Shown: positions 27,040 through 40,757, counted from the first letter of the stretch. The stretch: 64,000 nt of DNA from Catajapyx aquilonaris (GCA_000934665.2 KZ538585.1:1-64000), one strand, 5' to 3'. Notes: generated from the sequence alone by a model not told the origin. Made by a program: numbers and translations.

Positions 27040-27800
27040 TCTTGTAGCTAATATTTCTCAAGAGTAGGTTTAATTAGCTCGTCCCGCACTAACTGCTCGA
27101 AACAACCTCACATTATAACCATCATTGTCGACAATAACTATTATGCATGCAATGATATCTATTATTAGTAGCAGTAGCAGCTAATATTTATCAAGGGTCC
27201 GTTTAATAAGCTCTCCCGCACTAACTGTTGAAAACAATTTCTGTTATACCTTATCAATAAGTTATAACTAATATGGATACTAATGTCGACTGTCATAAAA
27301 GGCTACAACTATTATTGTTTATGGAAACTATCATAAGTTGCTATAACTACTGTTAATATTAATAGTCACTATTGTCAATATTATTGTAGCTGTTATGAAT
27401 ATAAATGGAGACTATTTTGAATTACTATAAATATTACAAATATTAATCGTAACTATTTTGAATTACTATACCTATTATGAATTCAAATGGTAGATATTAT
27501 TAATTACCATAACTACCATGAATATAAGTGTAGTTATTGTGAATATAATAACTATCGTGAATGGTAAAAGTAACTGCTTTTAAAATGCACTGTGAAGGCA
27601 AGCCAAAAATCGCGTCCTGTTGTTACGTGATCCAGAAGAGATCTATTTAAAAATACAACTATTGCTGATATAAATCATAACTATTAGGAAAGCAATGATA
27701 TTAGAGCTAATATGACTTATAATGTGTAACTGCATTTAAAATGTACCGTGAAGACGAGCCAAAAATTATTGCGTCCTGTTGTCACGTGCTCCAGATAAGC
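27040..27800. repeat. AT-rich degenerate array with two local duplications
   Basis: GCTAATATTT..CCCGCACTAACTG occurs at ~27047 and ~27180. TAAAATG.AC.GTGAAG..AGCCAAAAAT..GCGTCCTGTTGT.ACGTG occurs at ~27580 and ~27735. Confidence 0.7.
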
Positions 27801-30559
27801 CAATCATAGCTGTAGGTGACATGAATGGTTGGTCCCCATAGGCTGATTTATACACGAGGCGCGTAGGGGCTGCCAATGCTAACAACATAACACGTGTTGG
27901 GTACCGGCGAACAGTGTATACCATTGTGTATATTTTTTTTTGTGCGTGCGTGTGTGGTGCCTTGCCACCCAATTATGTTTTCCAGCTCGTTTGGCAGCGA
28001 TTCTGGCCTTTTGCCTAGGGGTCTTGAATCCTTGGGAGAGGAATATCCTTGACGGGGGGGCAAGGAAAAGAGTGTCTGGGTGTCCAAAAACCGGTCATCC
28101 AGTGTGCCTTTCCACTATATCATGAAGTGCCATTTAGAATGGCACGATATTAGGTTTGCAGCCCTGCAACACTCTCTGGCTGTAGATCGATGGAAACGCG
28201 GGCGAGCGCTTCCGTCCCTGACCTAACTCGCCCTTAATCTCTGCCGAGGTCAAAACGAGAAGGTCATCGACCCTCCCTCCTTTTGCATCACTCCCTCCCC
28301 GAGTCTGCGCGCTGTGTCAAAGGTCACGGCGACAAAACGGTTGGAAAAGCTCCCGTTAGAACCGCACCTCCTTTTTCTGTGCACCGGGACACATTTTGAT
28401 CTTTTGGAGAGGGAGAGAGAGAGAACCCCCCCTGAAGGTGTGTCACGGCCCCAAAAATTCTCTTGAAAGCAACTCTTCCGGAAGTGACCACCGTTACTTT
28501 TCGACCCATTCCTATAGGGGTTTCAGTGCGTCTCAGGTGCGTGTAGGTATCGGCTGCGTGTGTATTCGGGGGGCTATAGGTCAGTGAGTGTATAGGAAAA
28601 ATTCGGTCATACTGTTGGATCCAAAATGTCCGTCCTTGTAGCAGCAACGGTTAATTCCCGTCTTTTTGTGCACTTCCTGAGTTGTAGTCTCACCTTGACG
28701 TGGGTGCTCTCCATCCACTGGCTGGCTGTGGTATAACCTTGGGACGAGCAAGGAGCTGTAACCGAAAAGGGTTACTCACGTCAGTTCCCCCATGGCACAC
28801 GGAAGGTGCTCACACACTGCACGTGCCGGGTGTCACTAGTGAAAGTGTGTGGCCAGGGTAGGTTCCATTACTTGGAAAAACTTGTGCGGGTTCATACAGT
28901 TGCAGACCTTCTTACTTGGAATATATTGGTAAGAGGGACTTCAACTATTGCAATCGGTCGGTGTGATTACTGTGATGCCCACATGAATCCTAGTGGCAAC
29001 CTTGTGCGAGACATTTTGGACTTTTACCACTTCATAAGGTGTCGCAAGTTTGCCCCAGTTTCCAAGCCTGAAAATAAACAACGGATTGTGCCATTCAGAT
29101 ATTCGGATGTGTGTGCAAATAATTATAAAAAGAGAGAAGGCAGGCGGCCCATTGGCGACCTTGGTTTTGTTGTGAGTACAGGACGCGGCAGTGTAGTAAA
29201 CATATCCGTGTGATTGCCCTCTCAGGGACGAAAGCCATGCAATATAAGTGAGCGGGTGTGCAGTTTTTTTTTCTTCTTCAGATCCAAAGCTGCCCAGGCT
29301 GCATGCGCTTTAAATGCCCATTTATCCTTAACCTCAATTACTTGCTGGGGGAAGATAATTGGTCCGGGGTTTAATTGGTGGAAAGGCAGCCATGAGCATA
29401 CTATAGTCGTGAGGTAAAGGTGCTGCACAGCAACTGAACGAAAATTGTGGAATCGATATTAGGTTTAGTTACTTTGAAATAGCTCGACAGCTAACGAAAT
29501 ATTAGCCACTTATATTAAATGGATAGACTTTTTTAAAAGATAAAAACAAAAAAATTTCATCACTTGCGGTGTAAAATATAGACAAGGAAATTAATTGCAG
29601 TTGGTAGAAGCTTTCGTGTATATTTTATAACAAATATGTAATAATTAGCGCTCTAAGTTCAAAAAAGTTAACAATTATTGTGAGGCTGGTTTCGTCACCT
29701 GCTTGCCGCCATTTTTGGTCCAAATGATCCAATCATGACCACCAGTCTAATGTAATATTGACACCTTTAAGAGTAAATACTGTCGCGAAACATTTATTAT
29801 ATGTAATGTATTCATATTTACTATTTCATTTTTTGTTTTTTAAGTTTGCTTTAATTGCCATCTTTTAATTTTTACATTTTAAATTTTCTTGTCATTAGTT
29901 ATCAGTCACTACTTTTTGCTATTACTGTAGTTAGTATAGTATATATTCAGTGATTCACTCGATTATTTATTATCATAGGCTACATTTTATAGGCCTGCTT
30001 ATTATTATCATCGTGACTTATTATTAGAGATTTTCAAACTGAGGCTGGTCACGTGAATGCCGCCATTTGTGGTCAACAATGATGCCACAGGCTTTTGAGA
30101 AGTTGTGCCCTTGCATTTTTGCTCAACTCTTTTAGCTGCAACCGGCGAAGTTCGCAACTTGTCTCAAGGACAATAGAGAGAGAATATAATTATTGCAGAT
30201 ATCATTTTTTTTCGGTTCTTTGTCCCATGTAAAAGCCCTTAGCCTTGAATAAAGCCCCCGATAGCCTTTACTATATGGCCTGGCAGGAATGCGATATCGG
30301 GCCAGGGGCTGGTGACGAAACAATCGCGAAAGAATGATGGCCGAAAAAGAAGCCAGATTTTTAGTAGGTCACAGACAAGAACTTGTGTGTGTATTGCGAA
30401 GGCGATAAAGCAAGGGGGGGGGGGGTGGTAATGAGGGACACACGATAAGTGAGAAAAGAATCTTGGTTCGTTGTGCAGTCGAATGTCTTTGGAGACTGCT
30501 CCGTTTGACGCTGCCTGGGAAGGACGCTCAGCACATGACCAGAGAGTGTTTGATGGACA

Positions 30560-30635
30560 ATGTCGTACTGTGCCAGGTTGCGAGACCACGACGATGTCGA
30601 CGAGGGACGCCGACACTATCCAATGTCAGATGCGG
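30560..30635 (+). CDS. Candidate coding part of an alternative first exon, MSYCARLRDHDDVDEGRRHYPMSDA, phase 1
   Basis: ACAATG context, 25 open codons plus 1 nt, donor CGG|GTGAGT at 30636, Inr-like GCAGTC at 30475; same phase as the MTLKP exon. Confidence 0.33.
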
Positions 30636-32443
30636 GTGAGTTCAACATCAATTTAAAAGCCCGGTGGTAGAAATAAATTGCTGGGACGGTATAACACACA
30701 GGATCTCTGCAAATTATGCGCAGGATACATGAAGTAGCCTGGAGCGTGCACCACACCTGTTGGCCAATCATTCTCCGGAGACTGTCACACAACAGTTGCG
30801 CAAACATTATTACAATCCGGCAATGGGTCCTTGGAAGCGTGAATTTCGCAAAGAGCGCCGAATAAGTGAGCATGTCCAGACGCAATTTGGCCCAGAGGTT
30901 AATTATTGGGAGGGGAGAATATTCTCTTGCCTTTGTTGTGTGTATACACATGTAGCATGCAAGGTTGTGGCCGTGTGCTGACAATGCTTTTTTTCACATG
31001 ACTCGCATTGGTGGTCAACTCACTCAGCTGGAAGATGGCCGCTGCGGACCACGGAAGTGGGGCCAAGTAGTAACATTAAAAGAAGTGCACCTGCATCACG
31101 ATCCATCGTTATCAACTATCGTGACTATAGTAATTCGTACAGGTTAAAAAAAAACTCCGAACAACAGCCTGCAAACACACCACTTCCGCGTGAATTTGAC
31201 TAATTACTTGATCAAAATCTGGTGACATTATGAACGCAACACGCTTTAACATTACGCGACACCTGGTGACCACTGATAAGCGATCTCTGGCCTTAAATAA
31301 ATAAATAAATGTACAAATAAACTTATGTAGGTGCTTTGCTAACAAACGGTCGATATATCGATATTATTGGCATTTCATGTGTATCTTACATACGATATAT
31401 AAATGATAATATGAGTATCGATATATCGCATTACTGTCGATATTTTTTTTGTCGTTTTTGAACCCAACTATTTCGGTAACAATAAGGCTCCGTGGTGCAA
31501 TAGGCATCTCTACATAAAATGATCTGTTGGTGAGTAGGAGTTGGCCCAAGAAGTTCGTCTGCACCATTATGACTGGGCACCTTTCACAAGACGTCATCAA
31601 TTAGGAAGATATACCTGGGGTAAATCCGGGCACATGTCCACCTCCCAGGCCCTATTCCTAGCACTTTGAAACTGTATCACGCCTGACCGACTTTGAGCCT
31701 GTAACCTATACTGCACATCTCTTTGAACCAACCCACACAGGTGAGAGACCTCATGTGAAAAGGGAAGTATTAGCGAACACCGATTGTAACGTGTTTCCCG
31801 TCTCAGGTATTACGAGTCGTAGGGCGTCTTCTTAGAAGAAAAAAAAGGTTTGTGGGCGGTTATGGGCGGCATTCAGAGGTGTATATAGCCAGAAGTCGAT
31901 GAAGTTGAGCGAGGGCAATGGCCGGCTTTACTTGCCAGAGGCTTGATATAGGGACTATGGTGGCACAGAAATAGCTACGAGACCACAAGAAGAGAGCTTC
32001 TTTCTTTTTTTAAAATATATATACAAAGATCCAGAAGACTTTCTATTCAACACATCCTTGAACCCTTTACCTTGCCCTACCTCAACACGCTTCGTACCCT
32101 CAGGCTTAAAGAACCCAACACTGGTCCCTTATAATTTTTGCTTACACGTTTTGATACATCACTTGTAAACAATGTGCTATTAGTTTACCGCTGTTCCGTT
32201 GCGAATGCGGGTCATGGTTGAACTGGCCATTTTGGGGGAAATGGGAGGAGTTGTTTTATACCTGCAGGCTTTAGTTCCAAGCCGTGGTGGCGACGGCCCT
32301 CAGGATCTGTAAGGTGCAAGTTCGACATTGCCAAGCACGCACAGATGTACTGTATTCTGTAAGCAAAATAGCAGACTTGCAAAAAGTATCGCGTGTTTCA
32401 AAATTCAGCTCATGTCCTTGGCACCCTGATATCCACAAGTCCT

Positions 32444-32688
32444 GTTGGCACCCTGGAAGGTGCTGCGCGGAAAGATGCGCGGTCGGTGCTTCTTAATATA
32501 CATGAATCCAACCCATTCCGGACAACCCACAGCGATAACCGTTGGCTTGGGAGGAGCTTAAGTTGGCATCCTGGAAGGTGCTGCGCGGGAAAGGTGCGCT
32601 GCCGGTTCTTCTTGATATCTGAATGCAACCCACAGCGATGACTGAGGGCGATTAGACGCCTGGGTTGTCCGGAGTGGGTTGCATTCAG
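32444..32688. repeat. Local direct duplication plus inverted segment
   Basis: GTTGGCA(C/T)CCTGGAAGGTGCTGCGCGG lies at 32444 and 32562. CAACCCATTCCGGACAACCCA is inverted near 32661-32681. Confidence 0.75.
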
Positions 32689-34745
32689 GTTGACATTCTC
32701 GTGACGTGGCCAGAATATTGCTGAGCGTTTGAATGCGTGACTTTGCGTATATGCCGAAATGGCAACTTAGCAGAGGCGAGATAGGCTGTCCCGATAGCGT
32801 GGGAGGTGAGCATCCAATCCTCGCTCGCGGAAAGAGGGACCGTGGTATAGTAGTGGTTGGGAGAGGGGGGGAGAAGAGCGTGAGAGTGTTTACAAGCGAG
32901 GCCGTTGACTTCCAGCGAGCCCCCCTTTTCCTTTTCCTTTTTTTTTTTTCTTCCTCCACTGGCTTTGCCTTTCTCCACATCGATTCCCATGTCATAGTCC
33001 AACTATACTGTACAGAACCCTGCCATATTTTTTTGTTGTCTTCTTTCAAAAGCGGGATGTTTATTTCCGGGGTAGGTCGGCGCTTGGTTGCATAACACGA
33101 GCGATTTCGCTAAAAGAATTCGCCCTGTTCTCGCTAGCTTGTGAACACGTCTGACCAATGAAATTAAAGTAGAAACAATAAGCAATATTCTGACTAGCGG
33201 TTTATTGCCTCCTAGTAGCGATATCAATCCCAAAAATGCTATTTGAAGATCTGAAGCAATATCGCTGGATGAGATTTGAGCGATATCGCGTCCCAACGTG
33301 ACGTCATCGAGCGACGTCGCCCAGTCTGGTGCGAGTGACCCCCAAAAGTGTGCGAATGCACCTTGATTCGGAGGGAAGTTTAATGAGGAGGACTCTCTGG
33401 CTTGGGTCCAACGGGTTGTTTATAGCCGCAAGCTTTAGATGAGATGATGGGGGGATCGAGCAAGCGTGACAACTACAGAGGAGGAGGAAGGGGGAGAGGG
33501 GGAGGCAAGGCTATGAATTATGCAGCTTGCACAACACAAGGGGTCGACCTCCTGACCCACAACTCATGAAAGATAGACCCGATTACTATGCATCGGGAAT
33601 CGCTGGTTTTGTGTCCAGGAAGAAGCTGCTTGTTTATAAGCAGTTGGTTACTTTTAGAGGTTATCAAAAATATTAGCTCGGGGTGACTAATCCTGACGAA
33701 TCGAGCCTATTGTGGGCATTGCACCACCCTGCATGTAATAATAGACACTAACCATGAGACAACTTCACATACGTATAGTGTATGTTTTTTTATGTGTCTA
33801 TCCTGTTCATGAATCGGTGGAGCCTGCAAAGAGCGGTGACCTCGAGGCAAGGTCACCACCCCGACGGCCTTCACCACGTATACAATATCCCGTTAGGGAT
33901 TCTCCTTTCTGAGACCTCGCTTTTTCGCATTACCGCTACCTTTTTTTTGTGTGTGCCACCCCTTCCCTGACCATATATAACTGACTCGCCTGTTTTCCCA
34001 CAAATATGTGTGGAATCCAGGATTTCCGACACAATTATTTGGATTCCTGAGTTATCCGGAATCCTGTTAGGAATCCAGGAATCATAGGATTTTCAAAAAG
34101 TTTTTGCAAATTACTGCTTTTTCCTTGATTCATCCAGATTCTCTTAGATTTACCCGGATTAGCAGATTCTCCGAATTTTCATCAAATCCTCCCTTATTAT
34201 AGATTTTTATTAATATTAGCTATTATTTATATTACATTACACATTATGTACGATTTTGATATATTTTGTACATAAAAGTTGCGTAGAAAAATATTGTATT
34301 TGTTATTTTGTGTATTTATGTTACGGTACCTATATTTTATTAAATAATATATAGATAATGTAAATCTAAATAATTGTAAATTAATTAAACTAAATAATTA
34401 TAAATAAGCGAATCTAAATAATTGTAAATAAGCGCATCGAATAAATTGCAAATAAAAAATTAATTCAAATAAGAATAAATAAATAAATATTAATCTAAAT
34501 AAAATGTAAATAATATATAAATGTAAGAGAGGTTGTGGTGTACACAACCTCTCTAATGTATTATAAATATATATAATATAGGTCTACGTTATATATTTAT
34601 ATTATAAATATGTATAATAAATAATGTATTAAATACATTAGGTTGTACACGGTATTGTATAGGTATGTTTAGATTTAGTATATAATATATTTATTATTTT
34701 ATATACTATATTAAATATTTCTGTCGATTTAAAGCGTCATCGTCA

Positions 34746-34821
<76 letters not shown>
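34746..34821. repeat. (ATT)n microsatellite
   Basis: Read directly. Confidence 0.97.
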
Positions 34822-34822
<1 letters not shown>

Positions 34823-35454
34823 TCCAAGTTCTTTGGGTAAATCTGGATTCCACTAGATGGATGCCTAATAGTGGATTTATTACTCTGACGCAAGCCAGGC
34901 CCGATATGGTCCAAAGCATGTCGACCTTTTTCCCCCCTCTAAAAATAGCTCCATTCATGTGGTTCGATATTAAACCTCCGGTATTAATAATTTAACATCG
35001 TCGGGTTATACTCCCTCGGGGAGGGGAGGCATAGGCTCGCGTTTTGTAACATTAAAAAGGAAAGGAAGTCAGAATTTGCGATTCTCTCCCTCCCTTCCTC
35101 CCTTGCAAAAAAAAAGAGAAAAAAAGCTGGCAGGGTCGTAAATCCGGCCATAAGATTGGATCAAGTCCAACAATGTTGAGGAAGACTCTTCACGGACAGG
35201 TGAAAGGAGACATCCTTGGGGCCTCGGGGAGGAGGAGGGTTTGCTACAGGGTGAGTGTGGGTGGGTGGGAATAAAGGCGGGGGTGGAAAGAAAGAAGAAG
35301 CCATTTTAGGTGCTGGCTGGTGGGGGGGNGGGGGGGGGGGGGGATATCCTTGCCAGGACATTGATCCTGACAATGCGTAACCTTTCACCTGCCTGCCATA
35401 ACGGGACGTCAAATGCTAAGGCGACAGCATAACTATGATCAAGTTCAAAGTATG

Positions 35455-35587
35455 ATTGGCTGTATGTATGTTTGTCCGGGTTACCTAACCCACTTCCGGA
35501 CTACTGAAACTCTATATATCTACATATGAAACAGAGAGTTTGTCTGTATGTCCAAGCTACCTAGCCAACTTCTAGACTACTGAGAGC
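35455..35587 (+). mobile_element. Two tandem Helitron-like 5' fragments
   Basis: TCTACATATGAAACAGAGAGTTTGTCTGTATGTCC and GTCCGGGTTACCTAACCCACTT are shared with 47433-47520. Confidence 0.55.
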
Positions 35588-35799
35588 ATTTTTTAACTGT
35601 TTGTCCATCGTGTGTGTTGTAGGGGGTCAGAATTGCGACATGTTTATAAAAATGTGTAGATGTGATCCTTGTGGGAGATCCAACTGCAACGGAGATCAAT
35701 ACGCACATGGTCCCGAGGTGAACGACCGGACCCAGCGACTAGTTGGAGGGGGGCACAAAATGGGTGGGTGGGAGAGGGGGGGGGGGGGAGAGGTGAAAA

Positions 35800-35990
35800 G
35801 ATATCGATCCCCCATCGTTGCCGGATCTGTTTGAAGTTGAAGGAAGAAAAGAGGGGGGGGGGGTGAGAGAGAGAGAGAAGAGAAGGAGGGGGGAGACATA
35901 TCCCCTCGGCACGTGTCAATTGCCTAGGGAACAAAACTCGTGCCTCAACCACTCATTTGCTCAGGGTTTGGCCCCGGGGCCGGGTTGCCG
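35800..35990 (+). promoter_or_regulatory. Candidate promoter for the MTLKP exon
   Basis: GA-rich tract, E-box CACGTG at 35910, Inr TCATTT 35953-35958, DPE-like GGTTG at about +29. Confidence 0.45.
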
Positions 35991-36102
35991 GGGTAAACAA
36001 CTCGTGGCAGTGCACCCCTCGAAAGGACAAACCGGACGTATAATAAGTGAGACAAGGTCTGCAGTGACGTATAGGTTGATAAGTCGGAATGACGCCATTA
36101 CC

Positions 36103-36118
36103 ATGACCTTAAAGCCGG
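36103..36118 (+). CDS. E75: Candidate coding micro first exon MTLKP, phase 1; possible N-terminus of an isoform of nuclear receptor E75
   Basis: ACC ATG ACC TTA AAG CCG G|GTAAGT (perfect donor at 36119). From memory, some insect E75 isoforms begin MTLKP-EFDGTTVLCRVC, which needs this phase-1 junction. This is unverified and the downstream exon is not in the window. Confidence 0.45.
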
Positions 36119-36152
36119 GTAAGTGACCATTCATTGAAGTCCTTCGTGACTA

Positions 36153-36249
36153 CAGGGTGTTTCATAACGATTCAGGGATATTATGGGAATGAGACACCCT
36201 GTAGCCTTTCATCTAACGACTGGATATGCTGATTATGAGACACCCTGTA
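36153..36249. mobile_element. Tiny TA-CAGGGTG...CACCCTG-TA element (36153-36201) with a duplicated right end (to 36249)
   Basis: TACAGGGTGTTTCAT...ATGAGACACCCTGTA; a second ATGAGACACCCTGTA lies at 36235-36249. Confidence 0.65.
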
Positions 36250-36732
36250 TATAGTGTACATGCACCTCTATACACATGGAAGGGTGATAATGGCAGTGTC
36301 GTCTCCCTCTGCACATTCCCAAGACGCCGGGACATTATCAGATAAATTGAGCGCATCAGCCTGGGTCCAAAATATCTGGCAGCAATTTAGGGGGCCACCC
36401 ACCCCCCACGCAAAATAGAATTAATTTATAGTCGGGTTTTTAGAGAGGGGGCGTGTTTGATGCGGGGGCGATGCACCCTCCCCGAAATTGCATCTGATGC
36501 GGCTGCAAGAATGCCCCTGATGCTGCCTGATGGAGGATTAAGACCTTAATCCTCTTTTCTGTTGGGCCTGCATATATGTCAACCCCCCTTTTAATTGTAC
36601 AACGCGGGGTCGGGAACCTTCCTGAATTACACCTACATAAGGACACATCTCGACAATAATTCATACAGGAAAAGACGGGTAGTATGCCCAGTAGGATATT
36701 CCCTATTCGATTATAGAGCCCTACTGTTCACC

Positions 36733-36876
36733 TAGTACCTCACATAGCTCATAGATGGCGCACCCTCCCTCTCTGCACACTGCTGCCACTCTCAGCTGTG
36801 CGAGGGGTAGTGGTACTACATGCTCCTAGCTGATGACTCACCGCGGACAGAGGGACAGACTTAAGCCAACTATATT
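36733..36876. mobile_element. Repeat family C copy
   Basis: TAGATGGCGCA..CTGCACACTGCTGCCACTCTCAG..GGGTAGTGGTACTACA is shared with 49640-49713; TGATGACTCACCGCGGACAGAGG is shared with 40413-40435. Confidence 0.75.
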
Positions 36877-39476
36877 TTCGTTTGGTCCAGTCTATTCGAA
36901 GCTGAGGCAACTAAGGTCATGTTGAGCACATTGAGAAGCATCTTCCAGAATTCCTGTGGACTCTTTTGACACTTACGCGAATAGTTGTCCGGGATCTCTT
37001 GTTTCGGCGAGTGTTGTGAAAGCGGCCTGCTCTTTTTTTTCACTCTCTCTGAAAAATTTCCGCATTCCATGGCAGTGTGTGTGTACAAGAGGGGGTTTTA
37101 TTTTAAGGTTCGAGAATGAGTGGGAAGATGCTTTAGAAACGCGTGATTCATGCCGATATAATTTTACGTCTCTTTTAAAAGTTGCGCGGATATTGTTTCT
37201 GGAGTATTCTCGCGCGACCTTTTCGTACGCCGCGAACACACCCTACGACATTTCCATCGCCTCCGCAACGCCTAACTATGAGACATCAGTTTGTGCTAAA
37301 TATTGCATGTTAACACGTACACTTTGAATTTAAAATTATAGTCGCCTAATTCTATTGTTAATTTCACTATAAATATTTATTTCTAGTCAAATTTATTTTC
37401 AATGTAAATACTACTTAGCCTACATTTACATTGCATTGCAATTTTTCTGTAATACCGGTATAATTAATTTATTCGATTTTAATTAATTGCCGTCAATTAG
37501 TTGCACTTAATGGGCCTATAAATATTTCATTTTAATAGAACTAATATACCATTACTATATTAACAACTAATATATCTATTTAATGTCAATTAATGCGAAT
37601 GTTCGGTTTTAATTTTCATAAATATTTGATTTTAATTTTTATAGATAATATTTGATTTTAATTTAAAATGTTTAATTTTAATTACACTTTAATTTTAACA
37701 ATTCAGTGTGGCGTCACACTGATGTTAATGGACAACTCGGATAAAGAATCTTCGTGTGTCTCCGGCGTGATCAGCCTGTTAGCCACTATTCAACTGATTA
37801 CTCTCAGCTGTCAATCTGTCTTGTCACATTTATACCGCTGGTGTAATACTATAACTGTTGGTGACCTGATGAATTACAACACCCGGAGCTTAGATCTAGA
37901 CTTTGGGTGCTAATCTTAACCCCCGCAGTGAGAGATAATGACCTTTTGAGGGACACACCTGAAAGTGTGCCATCACAGGTTTTGACTCCAACGTGACGGA
38001 ACGTTACCCCTTCAGGAGACTAGAGGGGGTGGTATAATGCTGAGACAAGCAAACAAGTTCACCCCTGATTACGCTTCTGCCGTAATCATATCAAAAGTTT
38101 GCCAACTAGCTACTTGTATATCCAGGTCAACAGTTTTGCGCCAATTTTGGCGTCAAGGGTTGGTTGGCATCAGACAAGGTTTTCCCACCCTATATGATGA
38201 CATTGTTGATGCATTTTGTTGCCACCCAGATATTGGGGCTGCCCCAAGGGACCTTCATGTGTCACCGATTACAGAAAATGGCGAATATGGGTTACAAAAA
38301 GAGACATTGTCACCGGAAGTTCGAGCTGAATCCGAATTCGAAACCCGTTTGCCGATATCTCATTAGGTTTAGGCCCTGATACCTGTCCACGGACGGACAG
38401 ACAGCAGTTCTACAGTACTTTTTAGAAGAGAAAAAGTCTAACAACGAAGCATTCTGATAACAACATTGCTATCACTGCCTATTATACCGGTAGAGCATTG
38501 TTGATCTTGTGTGTGTCCCTAGCCGCAATTCTACCATCATTGTAACCGCAACCAATTAAGGTTTGTTTTGGATGGAGGATTGAATGGTGGAAGGTGTGGG
38601 TGTCCGTGACCTTTGTGGGGTGGTTTGTTGGTCTGCTGGCGACGTCCGTCCTACTCGAACCGGCGTTATATTTTGAGTGATAGAAAGTAGCAAAGAGCCC
38701 CGCCCTTGGCGGCAGGTGAATGCCCGCTGAATGGACTCACTCGGCTGGCTTCCTCTTCCTCAACCCACAGCTCATGTGTGTATGTTCCCCCTACAACCCC
38801 TTTCCCTTCCTGTGGCCCATCCTTGACATTGGCCCCCACACGTGTGTTTGTTCCGATTGCTTTCATTTTTTCCCCCCATTCCATCAGCTAGGGTTTGGCA
38901 TAGGTCGACCAAACTGAATCACAGCCTACACGACACTTCCGGATAATTTCATACCCATTTGAAGGAGCATTTGAAGCCCATTATTGCGTGGCGACTTGAG
39001 AAAGTGTACGACACTGCACAAATCCAATCGTGTTTATTGCAGTCGGTTACGTGATAATGGGTGGCCTGATTGAGTGTGGATGGGACGATGGGTTAGGCGG
39101 TGGGGTAGGCTCTTTTGGCATGCATGCACGAGTCTGGTTGGTATTAAAGGGGGTGGTGGTGGGGTGGTGGTGGGGGCCTGCTGCCTTGTGTCCGCCCGTG
39201 GTCTGCAGCCAAGCGGAAAGTGGGCCATGGAGTCAGTCACACCGCCAGGAGAAAGTCCAGGTGGGAGTGCAGGGAACGAACGAACGAACGAAGCTCAGGG
39301 GGAAGGACCGCTCGGCCTCCTTTCTAGGGCTTGCAGACTACAATCATGCAGCCAGCAGACACCCACCTGTAGGACACACTCATCGGATCATGCCCGACGC
39401 AGACCTTCACCAACAATCCCAGCCTAGACCTAGCCCACTCCCGAATTTTTGCAAACCACCATTTTTGTTTTATTGT

Positions 39477-39570
39477 CTAACCTAACCTATCCTAACCCTA
39501 AACAAACCCATCCTAACCCTAACCTAACCCATCCTAAACGACCCTAACCTAACCTAACCTAACCTAACCT
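39477..39570. repeat. Degenerate interstitial (CCTAA)n, the arthropod telomeric TTAGG motif
   Basis: CTAACCTAACC units, pure at 39544-39570. Confidence 0.8.
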
Positions 39571-40376
39571 GACAGTGGTGCCTATTTATTTAGCTTCAAT
39601 GTACGTACCAAAATTGCGATTTTCACGCGGAAATTGTCTGGTCTTATGCAAATATGTAGGGCACCGTTTTGCGGAAGAGCACCGTGTGTATATAGTGTGA
39701 GGGTGTATTTTGCAACAGCGGATACACACTCCATTAACTGACAAGGTGAACGGGAAAAGGAGATTCGATCAGCCCATTTTTTTGGGTGGAGGGGGGTACC
39801 TGCAAAAATTTTGTGAGGCTCGAATCGGTTGAGTTGTGATCAAAATGTGCGGAAAAAATGATGCATAATCACAGCCATGTGTTTTTGCATGACGTATGTA
39901 GGTCACCTGCAGTGAGCGTGCGAGGATTGCTCTTGGGGGGTGGTAAAATTCTCCCTTCCCTCCACCCCCCCCCCCTCCCTACTATTCCCGGTTCTAAACG
40001 AGTCATGAAAAGGCAATCCTTATCGGGGTTTATGCAATGCGGTAAAACCGAGGCTATTGCCCTTTTACTGCCGGGCCACACTGTATACAACACTGTGTCG
40101 CGCGGTGTCGCAAGTCCGAGTTACGTCACGCCCCATATTTTAAGGGGCATTATAAATTTACTAAGAGAGAGAACACAGAAAAAATAATGGTCGTGAGGAC
40201 ACGGGCTTCGTCCGTGGCGAAGGTTGGCACGTTGACCTCGGAGTCACGAGTCTGACCTCGCAGGTACGTATACCCGTGACATTCGCAGCGACTCGGGGGA
40301 AAGTGAGTCGCAATGTGGACATACCGCGTCGCTGTTTATAATTTTAAAAACTAGTGAAACGACCAGTGGCAGTGTA

Positions 40377-40455
40377 CGTACTACCATATTTCTCACATAA
40401 ATGACGCACTATTGATGACTCACCGCGGACAGAGGCACAGAACCAAGCCAATTAT
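40377..40455. mobile_element. Repeat family C copy (internally deleted)
   Basis: CGTACTACCATATTTCTCACATA...TGATGACTCACCGCGGACAGAGGCACAGAACCAAGCCAAT. Confidence 0.65.
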
Positions 40456-40502
40456 TCCAGCAACGATATTTAATTAAATGCCTATAATATTAACTAAATC
40501 TT

Positions 40503-40757
40503 TCGTTGTAAGACCGATTATTCTGATTGGCTCGCCGTATATTTTTGCGCGACGGTCATATTAATGCGCCTGCGCAATGGGGTGGAGGGAGTGCCTCTGG
40601 TGGGTGGAAGGAGGAACTAGTAATGTTAAAGTCCCTCGTTGTACGACCGAGGCTTCTGATAGGCCCATGTATATTGTTTGCGCGACGCTTCCTATTGGCC
40701 TCCGTTCTGCGCATGCGCAATGGGGGAAGCAGCGCCTCTGGTGGTTGGAAGAACTAG
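40503..40757. repeat. Diverged tandem duplication (~120-bp units ending GAACTAG)
   Basis: TCGTTGTA.GACCGA..TTCTGAT..TGCGCAATGGGG..GCCTCTGGTGG.TGGAAG..GAACTAG at 40503-40620 and 40636-40757. Confidence 0.75.

Noticed and set aside
31710..31746. CAG|GTGAGA as a third ratchet point
   Set aside because: Pyrimidine tract is poor (A/C-rich) and the donor imperfect. Similar weak cases at ~28536, ~40263 and ~61763 were also rejected.
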